In this document: positions 1 to 5,124 of the stretch, piece after piece
Position numbering within the stretch: position 1 is the stretch's first letter
How the letters are laid out: the number at the start of each line of letters is the position of its first letter
DNA from: Breznakia sp. PF5-3
GTDB taxonomy: Bacteria; Bacillota_I; Bacilli_A; Erysipelotrichales; Erysipelotrichaceae
Assembly (NCBI RefSeq): GCF_029504745.1
Contig: NZ_JAQFIQ010000072.1
Coordinates: forward strand, 1-5,124
Reading direction: 5' to 3'
Length of the DNA stretch: 5,124 nt
The notes under the pieces: generated by a model
Databases searched by the model: none
The model's input: the letters and a program-made list of their open reading frames with translations, nothing else
What the model was told of the DNA's origin: nothing
Program-made: the position numbers and the translations under genes

Positions 1-384
1 CATTTTTAATACCTGCCTTTATTCCTGTATTGTATCAATCATTCTTACATTATTTTTGTACCATTAGGTATTCTTTGGTTGAATTAAGCGTAAAAAAAAT
101 GATAGACAATTTATATTCAAAAAATGTCAAACAAGCATTAATTGATATATCAAATTGTTATGTAAGCAAATGGATTACTATAAACTATTATTGTAAATAA
201 TTCTGGCTCTTCATGGGGAGTAAGCCTTGTGCATGCAGAAATAGAAAAAATATATTTTCAAAATATATATTGTGAAATTAATATAAGTGAACAAGGAATA
301 CTATTTTTGGAGAAATATGAATAGTATAAAATTAGATATTCTCCACATTTAATCGTAATAATTTTTTCAATTTTCTTGCTGTAT

Positions 385-417
385 TTTGTAATTTTAAATA
401 TTATATAAAATTACAAA
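385..417. repeat. AT-rich inverted repeat with 12-bp perfect arms (TTTGTAATTTTA ... TAAAATTACAAA) and a 9-nt spacer
   Basis: Read directly: 385-396 is the exact reverse complement of 406-417. It lies in ORF-free DNA with no adjacent T-run on either strand, so it does not look like a terminator. Function unknown. Confidence 0.5.
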
Positions 418-519
418 GTATGGAGTAATTTCTATATAGGAATGCCTCTTTTTTTCGTGTCCTAAAAATTAATTATATTTGTTAAATAAGGATAATAAAA
501 AGTTAATTAGGTTAAAAAG

Positions 520-535
520 TTTAAAACGTTTTAAA
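520..535. promoter_or_regulatory. 16-bp perfect palindrome TTTAAAACGTTTTAAA, candidate operator about 90 bp upstream of the 625 CDS
   Basis: The sequence equals its own reverse complement and has a central CG, as in LacI/CcpA-type operators. It lacks the conserved outer TG/CA of a cre site. It is flanked by three copies of TAAAAAGTT (496-504, 513-521, 532-540). Confidence 0.3.
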
Positions 536-624
536 AAGTTCTTACAAATAAGCGGATGAAAATAAAGTCTAAACAATAATTAAATTGTAAGTGTAGAATA
601 ATATAGTTTATGAAAGGGTAGTGT

Positions 625-1137
625 ATGAAGAAAAAAAATATTGTGGCTTTGATTGTTATAATTGTTAGTGCAATCACTTTAATTATCGAGATAACAAATA
701 AAAGTGAATCAGATATTCTTATTGATAAATTTAATGATGTGGATTTAAATGGTTTTACTCCTTGTTATAAAACAACTCATCTCAAAATAGAAAACAACAA
801 TTTAACCGTTGCTGTTATAGAAGATGTTGATGGAAGATATTATTTGTTTTCATTAACTGTATTGAAAAAGGGTGAAGGTTATTCGTATTTCTGTTCGCCG
901 TTGATAGGGGATGAAAAAGATCTTTTTTACTTGAGTGCTTCAACAAATGAGAAAGAAAGAAGATATTTTGGATTGTATCCAGAGCATGTTGAAGTGACTT
1001 ATAATGGGAAATTAGATTTTTTAGAGTATAAAACAATTACACTTGAAATAAATGGAGTAAATTATGATTATACAATTTGGAATATGGAATTATCTAAAAA
1101 CCAGAAATTTGATCATACATTATTTAGTTTAGAGTAA
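625..1137 (+). CDS. Hypothetical signal-anchored or secreted protein, 170 aa, unknown function
   Basis: This is the only long ORF in the region. AAAGGG (613-618) lies 6 nt upstream of the ATG. The N-terminus is MKKKN followed by an ~18-residue hydrophobic stretch (IVALIVIIVSAITLII) with no lipobox Cys. The rest is hydrophilic and Tyr/Asn-rich. I recognise no family motifs. A possible weak promoter is TAAACA (570-575)-18-TAGAAT (594-599). Confidence 0.6.
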   Translation: MKKKNIVALIVIIVSAITLIIEITNKSESDILIDKFNDVDLNGFTPCYKTTHLKIENNNLTVAVIEDVDGRYYLFSLTVLKKGEGYSYFCSPLIGDEKDLFYLSASTNEKERRYFGLYPEHVEVTYNGKLDFLEYKTITLEINGVNYDYTIWNMELSKNQKFDHTLFSLE

Positions 1138-1155
1138 ATATGAGTTAAGTAATAA

Positions 1156-1189
1156 TAGATAAAATAAGAAAACTATTTAATCTATTTTT
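1156..1189 (+). terminator. Weak candidate intrinsic terminator downstream of the 625-1137 CDS
   Basis: TAGATAAAAT (1156-1165) pairs with ATTTAATCTA (1175-1184) at 9 of 10 positions around a 9-nt loop, followed by TTTTT (1185-1189). The stem has only one G-C pair, so stability is doubtful. Confidence 0.35.
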
Positions 1190-1347
1190 AGCTTTGTTGT
1201 AAATAAGTTTGTTTAATAGTTAGATATAAAGAAAATGTTGTGGGGTAAAGATACACTCGAAATATTAAAAGAGAGATATTTATAAACATATTAAATAAAC
1301 TCAACTACGAGTTAATTAGGTTTACAGTTTAATATTATTAAAAACTA

Positions 1348-1389
1348 AAAAATACGTTATGAGACATTAAGTAATCATAGCGTATTTTT
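1348..1389 (+). terminator. Strong hairpin / rho-independent terminator with bidirectional architecture
   Basis: AAAAATACGTTATGA (1348-1362) pairs with TCATAGCGTATTTTT (1375-1389). That is 15 bp including one G-U wobble, around a 12-nt loop. An A-tract lies 5' and a T-tract 3'. It sits between the 625-1137 CDS and the operon promoter and would insulate the operon from read-through. Confidence 0.6.
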
Positions 1390-1462
1390 ATATTCAGCTG
1401 CTTTTTTAGATCAGAAGTTTTTTAATTGATCTTTAGATGGGAAGAAAATCTTTATAAATATA

Positions 1463-1491
1463 TTGACATGTATATACATGTAGTATAGAAT
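1463..1491 (+). promoter_or_regulatory. Sigma-A type promoter of the SIS/NanE/PLP/PTS operon
   Basis: The -35 is TTGACA (1463-1468), the spacer is exactly 17 bp, and the -10 is TAGAAT (1486-1491). The predicted TSS is near 1498, giving a ~35-nt leader before AGGAG (1523-1527) and the ATG at 1533. Confidence 0.65.
1466..1481. promoter_or_regulatory. Operator O1: 16-bp perfect palindrome ACATGTATATACATGT overlapping the -35 and the promoter spacer
   Basis: The sequence equals its own reverse complement. It occupies the -35/-10 spacer, the classic position for repressor occlusion of RNA polymerase. Confidence 0.5.
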
Positions 1492-1501
1492 TACGTTATA
1501 A

Positions 1502-1517
1502 ACTTGTATATACATGT
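1502..1517. promoter_or_regulatory. Operator O2: second copy ACTTGTATATACATGT (15/16 identical to O1) just downstream of the predicted TSS
   Basis: Direct comparison with 1466-1481 shows a single mismatch at position 3. The centre-to-centre distance is 36 bp. It lies between the TSS and the RBS. Confidence 0.5.
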
Positions 1518-1532
1518 TGTAAAGGAGAATAT

Positions 1533-2264
1533 ATGGAAAATACAGTGAGTAAAGTATTTGATTGTGGATATCGAGTTTTGGATAAGATTCAAAAGACACA
1601 ATCGGTGGCAATTGCTCAAGCAGGGGAATTGGTTGCCAAGGCACATGTGAATGGTCAGAAGTTTTTTGTGAGTGGTAGTGGGCATTCGCATACGGTAGCA
1701 GAGGAGTTTTATGGAAGAGCTGGAGGTTTGGCGTTTGTTGTGCCAATTATGACAACGGAATTGACATTAAATGAGCATCCTACAAAGAGTTCTTACATTG
1801 AGAGGTTATCAGGGTATGCTGAAATCTTGGCTACGCTTTATGGAATAGCGAAAGATGATGTTGTGTTGATTGCTTCTAACTCGGGTAGAAATGCATATCC
1901 TATTGAGTTGGCGTTAGCTGCGAAAGAGCGTGGTGCAAAAGTAATTGCTATTACGAGTGTTCATCACTCTACCAATACGACATCAAGGCATGAAAGTGGA
2001 AAGAAGTTAATGGATATTGCTGATATCGTAATTGATAATTGTGGTGAAGAGGGAGATAGTGCATTATCGTTAGATGGATTATCTACTAAGGTGTGTCCTA
2101 CTTCTTCAATGGCAAATGCATTTATTGCACAAGGGATCAGTGTGAGTTGTGCACAAGCGATGTTGTACTTAGGTGAGAAACCACCAATCTTCATAAGTTT
2201 AAATTCGGATGGAAATGAAAGTGTGAATGAAGTGTATTTTAAAAAATATACACGGTTATATTAG
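1533..2264 (+). CDS. SIS-domain sugar-phosphate isomerase/binding protein, UPF0309-like family (243 aa)
   Basis: AGGAG lies 5 nt upstream of the ATG. SIS phosphosugar-binding signatures are FFVSGSGHSH and VLIASNSGRN. EEFYGRAGGLA, SRHESGKKL and IVIDNCGEEGD match my memory of the UPF0309 family. The biochemical role of this family is not established. Confidence 0.85.
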   Translation: MENTVSKVFDCGYRVLDKIQKTQSVAIAQAGELVAKAHVNGQKFFVSGSGHSHTVAEEFYGRAGGLAFVVPIMTTELTLNEHPTKSSYIERLSGYAEILATLYGIAKDDVVLIASNSGRNAYPIELALAAKERGAKVIAITSVHHSTNTTSRHESGKKLMDIADIVIDNCGEEGDSALSLDGLSTKVCPTSSMANAFIAQGISVSCAQAMLYLGEKPPIFISLNSDGNESVNEVYFKKYTRLY

Positions 2265-2266
2265 AA

Positions 2267-2974
2267 GTGTTTATGAAAGCGAAGATTTTAGATAGATTAC
2301 GAGGGAAACTTATTGTTTCCTGTCAAGCATATGAAGAGAATCCATTTTATGGTGCAGAGAATATGGTGAAGATGGCACAAAGTGCAAAGCTGGGTGGAGC
2401 TGAAGTATTGCGCATTTGTTGGCCGGAACAAGTGAAAGCAGTAAAAGCAAAAATGGATATTATGATTGTTGGAATTAATAAGCAATTTCATGAAGGAATG
2501 AATATTCTTGATGATGTCTTTATAACCCCAACCTATAAATCAGCAGTATCACTTATTGAGGCTGGCTGTGAGATTGTTGCAATGGATGGAACGTTACGAA
2601 AAAGAACGTATGAAGATTTAGCTGAGATAGTGAAAAACATCAAACAAGCATACCCACAAGTGGTATTAATGGCAGATATCTCAACGCTTCAAGAGGGAAT
2701 TCAATGTGAAGCGATGGGGTTTGATATTTTATCAACTACGTTATCTGGATATACACGAGCAACAAAAACAAATAGTGAACAACCAGATTATGATTTAATT
2801 AAGCAATTAAAAAAGCACACCAAATGTCTAATCAATGCAGAAGGACGAATTTGGAGTGTTGAACAACTACAAAAAGTAATGGCGATGGAACCAGATTGTG
2901 TAACGATAGGTTCAGCTATTACAAATCCAATGAAAATTAGTGAACACTTTATGAAAACATGGAAAGGATTATAA
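2267..2974 (+). CDS. nanE: NanE-family putative N-acetylmannosamine-6-phosphate 2-epimerase (235 aa from GTG 2267; 233 aa if ATG 2273 is used)
   Basis: NanE-like motifs appear in order: LIVSCQA near the N-terminus, VGINKQ (conserved Lys), VAMDGT, MADIST, STTLSGYT, NAEGRIW and IGSAITNP. The gene starts 2-8 nt after the SIS stop (TAG 2262-2264). The SD is weak (AGAAG), so the start codon is ambiguous. Confidence 0.8.
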   Translation: MFMKAKILDRLRGKLIVSCQAYEENPFYGAENMVKMAQSAKLGGAEVLRICWPEQVKAVKAKMDIMIVGINKQFHEGMNILDDVFITPTYKSAVSLIEAGCEIVAMDGTLRKRTYEDLAEIVKNIKQAYPQVVLMADISTLQEGIQCEAMGFDILSTTLSGYTRATKTNSEQPDYDLIKQLKKHTKCLINAEGRIWSVEQLQKVMAMEPDCVTIGSAITNPMKISEHFMKTWKGL

Positions 2975-2978
2975 AGCT

Positions 2979-4145
2979 ATGGACTTTGATAAGCGAGTGA
3001 ATCGAGATTACACAGAAGCTACAAAATGGGAAAAGTATCGAAATGTGATTCAAGACAAAGAGCAAATACCAATGTGGATAGCAGATATGGATCTAGCGTG
3101 TAGTGAAGCGATTCAAGATGCATTGCTAAAGCGAGCAAAGCATCCTATTTATGGATATAGTGATCGTGATGTTAGCTATTTAGAATTGTTTGCGAAACGC
3201 TTTAATGATATGCACAACTACCAAGTAACAGCAGACAATATCGTTTTGAGTACAGGGGTTATCTATGCCATTACTTGTGCATTACGTCTCTTTAGTAAGC
3301 AAGGTGATCATGTTGTAATCCTATCACCATCGTATGCACCTTTTACAAAATTAATTGAGCATTGTAAGCGTAAGGTAGTACGAAGTGAAATGGTAAAAGG
3401 GGATGAACGATATGAAATTGACTTTGATGATTTAGATGCAAAGTTAGCAGATGCAAAAGTCCTATTATTGTGTAATCCACACAATCCTACAGGACGTGTA
3501 TTTGACCATAAAGAAGTAACCCAGATGGCGAAGCTTTGTGAAAAGCACAATATCGTAATTATCAGTGATGAGATTCATGCCGATATTACGTATGATCATC
3601 ATGATTTTGTACCCATCATGAATGTTAGTGAATATACCAAAGCACATACGATTGCTTGTGTATCGCCAACCAAAACATTCAATATGGCTGGCTTGAAGAT
3701 ATCAGGAGTAATTATTAAAAATCGCAGTTGGTATAAAACGTTTCAAAAAGAAGCAGCGATGATTGGAATTAGCAGTATCAATGTCTTTGCAATGCAAGCA
3801 ATCAAAGCAGCATACTTACAAAGTGATGAGTGGGAAAAAGAGAATCGTGCGTATTTAAAAGCAAATCGCAATCGTATTAAGGAATATTTTGCTAGTTGTA
3901 TTCCAGATATTCAAAGTTATCAACCAGAGGGTACATACTTTTATTGGATTGATTTAAGTAACTATCAAGAAAGTGATAAACTGCTTGAAAAGTTTCTAGA
4001 TCATGGGTTGATTTTATCAGGTGGATTAGAATTTTCACCTTTGAGTAAAAATTTTGTTCGATTGAATTTTGCGTGTTCAAAAGAACAACTAGAGTGTTGT
4101 TTAGAAGTTATGAAAGAAGTATTAACAGGGGAGAAATTAAAATGA
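2979..4145 (+). CDS. PLP-dependent class I/II aminotransferase-fold enzyme of the MalY/PatB type (putative cystathionine beta-lyase / C-S lyase), 388 aa
   Basis: The N-terminus is FDKRVNRDYTEATKW, typical of MalY/PatB. Fold-type I PLP motifs are NPHNPTG (res 165-171), SDEIH (196-200) and SPTKTFNMAGL with the putative Schiff-base Lys232 (nt 3672-3674). The size fits the family. Substrate cannot be deduced from sequence. Confidence 0.85.
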   Translation: MDFDKRVNRDYTEATKWEKYRNVIQDKEQIPMWIADMDLACSEAIQDALLKRAKHPIYGYSDRDVSYLELFAKRFNDMHNYQVTADNIVLSTGVIYAITCALRLFSKQGDHVVILSPSYAPFTKLIEHCKRKVVRSEMVKGDERYEIDFDDLDAKLADAKVLLLCNPHNPTGRVFDHKEVTQMAKLCEKHNIVIISDEIHADITYDHHDFVPIMNVSEYTKAHTIACVSPTKTFNMAGLKISGVIIKNRSWYKTFQKEAAMIGISSINVFAMQAIKAAYLQSDEWEKENRAYLKANRNRIKEYFASCIPDIQSYQPEGTYFYWIDLSNYQESDKLLEKFLDHGLILSGGLEFSPLSKNFVRLNFACSKEQLECCLEVMKEVLTGEKLK

Positions 4146-4537
4146 TTTTAGGAATTATTATCACACATGCAGATTTTGCAAGTGGATTAAAAAATGCTGT
4201 TGAAATGATTAGCGGAAAGCAAGAGAAGTTAGTTGCTATTAAATTGCTAGAAGGAGAGGGACTACCTGATGTAGTTACTCGAATCAAAACAGTAAAGAAA
4301 GAATTGGAAGTTGATGAAGCAGTCTTATTTGTAGATATGTTTGGTGCTACACCATTTAATTCTGCAAGTGTTGTTTGTGCAGAAAGTGATGATCCAGTAG
4401 TTGCGGGTGTTAATTTACCATTGTTGTTAACGTTTGTTTTAAATCGTGAACACATGACGAAAGAAGAATTATTGGTTAGCTTAGAAACAACTCACCAAGA
4501 AGATTTTAAAATAATTAGAAAAACAGATTTGATATAA
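4142..4537 (+). CDS. PTS mannose/fructose/sorbose-family EIIA component (131 aa)
   Basis: MILGIIITHADFASG has the conserved phosphorylatable His (His9, nt 4166-4168). FVDMFGATPFN and VAGVNLPLL are typical EIIA-Man motifs. GGGGAG (4128-4133) lies 8 nt upstream of ATG 4142. That ATG overlaps the upstream TGA (ATGA, 4142-4145). The longer ORF from 4073 starts inside the previous CDS, and its extension has no EIIA-like sequence. Confidence 0.85.
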   Translation: MILGIIITHADFASGLKNAVEMISGKQEKLVAIKLLEGEGLPDVVTRIKTVKKELEVDEAVLFVDMFGATPFNSASVVCAESDDPVVAGVNLPLLLTFVLNREHMTKEELLVSLETTHQEDFKIIRKTDLI

Positions 4538-4548
4538 GGAGATAAATT

Positions 4549-5025
4549 ATGGGAATAGATTTATTACGATGTGATGATCGATTAATTCATGGACAATGTA
4601 TTGTGCGCGTAATTAGTGATGGAAATATTGATCATATTATTTTAGTTGATGATTTTACAGCTACTTCACCAGTGATGGCAAACATTTATAAGATGTCAGT
4701 ACCACCAACGGTAACAATCGATTTATTAACTTGTGAAGCAGCGAATGAAAAGATTGAAGAATATGCCAACAAGGATGCGAAAACATTGGTATTGGTAAAA
4801 GATCCATGTGTTGCACTAGCATTACAAGAAAAAACGGATTGTTTACCAAAAGAGTTAAACATAGGACCAATGAGTAATCGTAACGATACAAAGAAATTTA
4901 CATTTTATGCATACTTGTTGGAAAATGAAGTACAAGCATGTGATGCATTAACAGAAAAGGGAATTCGTGTGTATTTTAGGCAAGTTCCAGATGAAAAAGA
5001 AATTGAATGGGTAGATGTTAGGTAA
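4549..5025 (+). CDS. PTS mannose/fructose/sorbose-family EIIB component (158 aa)
   Basis: AAGGAG (4537-4542) lies 6 nt upstream of the ATG. The N-terminal RCDDRLIHGQ signature carries the phospho-accepting His14 (nt 4588-4590). LNIGPMS and VYFRQVP match EIIB-Man family conservation. Confidence 0.85.
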   Translation: MGIDLLRCDDRLIHGQCIVRVISDGNIDHIILVDDFTATSPVMANIYKMSVPPTVTIDLLTCEAANEKIEEYANKDAKTLVLVKDPCVALALQEKTDCLPKELNIGPMSNRNDTKKFTFYAYLLENEVQACDALTEKGIRVYFRQVPDEKEIEWVDVR

Positions 5026-5093
5026 GAAAAGACAAACTATAATATGTCAAATAAAGAATGATATAGGCATATAAATAGGTGATTGTCTTGATT

Positions 5094-5110
5094 TAGAGGT
5101 GAAACCTCTA
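5094..5110. repeat. Short palindromic hairpin TAGAGGT-GAA-ACCTCTA downstream of EIIB
   Basis: It has a 7-bp perfect stem and a 3-nt loop. Part of it (AGGTGAA 5097-5103) can alternatively pair with TTCACCT (5118-5124) at the window edge. No T-run follows, so it is not a canonical terminator. Confidence 0.3.
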
Positions 5111-5124
5111 TAAAAACTTCACCT

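Noticed and set aside
99-200. 33-codon ORF MIDNLYSKNVKQALIDISNCYVSKWITINYYCK, a possible small Cys-containing peptide
   Set aside because: It has no Shine-Dalgarno sequence upstream (only an A-run) and no leader or double-glycine or other peptide-maturation motif. ORFs of this length are expected by chance. It would be worth revisiting only if ribosome profiling shows translation.
309-352. GGAG followed by an 11-codon ORF (MNSIKLDILHI), a possible leader peptide
   Set aside because: The SD-ATG spacing is only 4 nt. There is no downstream attenuator structure or associated gene, so it is indistinguishable from chance.
424-456. T7 run (450-456) preceded by TTCTATATAGGAA, considered as a terminator
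   Set aside because: Only about 4 bp of stem can form, one of them a wobble. It is separated from the T-run by 6 nt, which is too weak for an intrinsic terminator. No upstream + strand gene exists in the window.
815-1036. Minus-strand 73-aa ORF
   Set aside because: It is antisense to the 625-1137 CDS, shorter than the sense ORF, and has no SD or recognisable motif.
1408-1432. Inverted repeat AGATCA-N13-TGATCT between the strong terminator and the promoter
   Set aside because: The arms are only 6 bp with a long AT spacer. This is plausible by chance in this context, and there is no second copy or positional logic. It is noted but not called as an operator.
1603-1618. TGGCAATTGCTC resembling a sigma-54 -24/-12 element, relevant because many Man-PTS operons are LevR/sigma-54 dependent
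   Set aside because: The GG-to-GC spacing is wrong (6 nt instead of about 10). It also lies inside the SIS CDS downstream of a strong sigma-A promoter.
1411-1746. Minus-strand 111-aa ORF, with the nested 66-aa ORF at 1491-1691
   Set aside because: It runs antisense across the operon promoter and the well-supported SIS CDS. Its composition is low-complexity and Tyr/Ile/Leu/Pro-rich, typical of antisense frames in AT-rich DNA. It has no RBS.
3359-3376. cre-like half sites (for example TGTAAGCG at 3362 and TGAAAGCG at 2274) suggesting CcpA control
   Set aside because: Only the left half matches the TGWAANCGNTNWCA consensus and the right halves fail. They also lie inside CDSs, so there is no convincing full cre in the promoter region.
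4073-4141. N-terminal extension of the EIIA ORF (MFKRTTRVLFRSYERSINRGEIK) given in the ORF track
   Set aside because: It lies entirely inside the 3' end of the PLP-enzyme CDS in another frame and has no RBS. The EIIA family signature (MILGIIITH..) begins at the internal ATG 4142, which has a good GGGGAG SD.
1964-4891. Other minus-strand ORFs in the track (1964-2194, 2297-2491, 3308-3550, 3465-3647, 3892-4080, 4108-4455, 4661-4891)
   Set aside because: All are fully embedded antisense to + strand CDSs that carry clear family motifs. None has an RBS or a recognisable domain, so they are shadow ORFs.
1-5124. Scan for CRISPR repeats, tRNA/rRNA, IS terminal inverted repeats, integrase/transposase or toxin-antitoxin-sized gene pairs
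   Set aside because: I found no regularly spaced direct repeats of 24 bp or more and no cloverleaf-capable GC-rich segments. No transposase-like ORFs or paired small ORFs were found on either strand.

Overview
This is AT-rich, low-GC DNA with AGGAG-type ribosome-binding sites, which looks Firmicutes-like. All convincing genes are on the + strand. The left ~1.4 kb is very AT-rich. It holds 624 bp with no ORF of 60 aa or more, containing several palindromes and short repeats. It also holds one orphan 170-aa signal-anchored protein of unknown function (625-1137) and two hairpin terminators. At 1463-1491 a near-consensus sigma-A promoter (TTGACA-17-TAGAAT) drives a tightly packed five-gene operon. 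The promoter is embedded in two copies of a 16-bp palindrome (ACATGTATATACATGT). The operon genes are: a UPF0309-like SIS-domain sugar-phosphate protein (1533-2264); a NanE-like N-acylmannosamine-6-P 2-epimerase (2267-2974); a MalY/PatB-type PLP C-S lyase/aminotransferase (2979-4145); a mannose-family PTS EIIA (4142-4537, true start overlaps the preceding stop); and a mannose-family PTS EIIB (4549-5025). No EIIC/EIID, regulator, RNA gene, CRISPR array or mobile element is visible in the window. I see no defence-type or otherwise radically new system. The most interesting object is the operon itself, because its enzyme combination matches no characterised PTS-linked pathway I know of. It is probably controlled by an unseen repressor acting on the twin palindromes. 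All family calls come from motif-level recognition of the translated ORFs, not from database searches.
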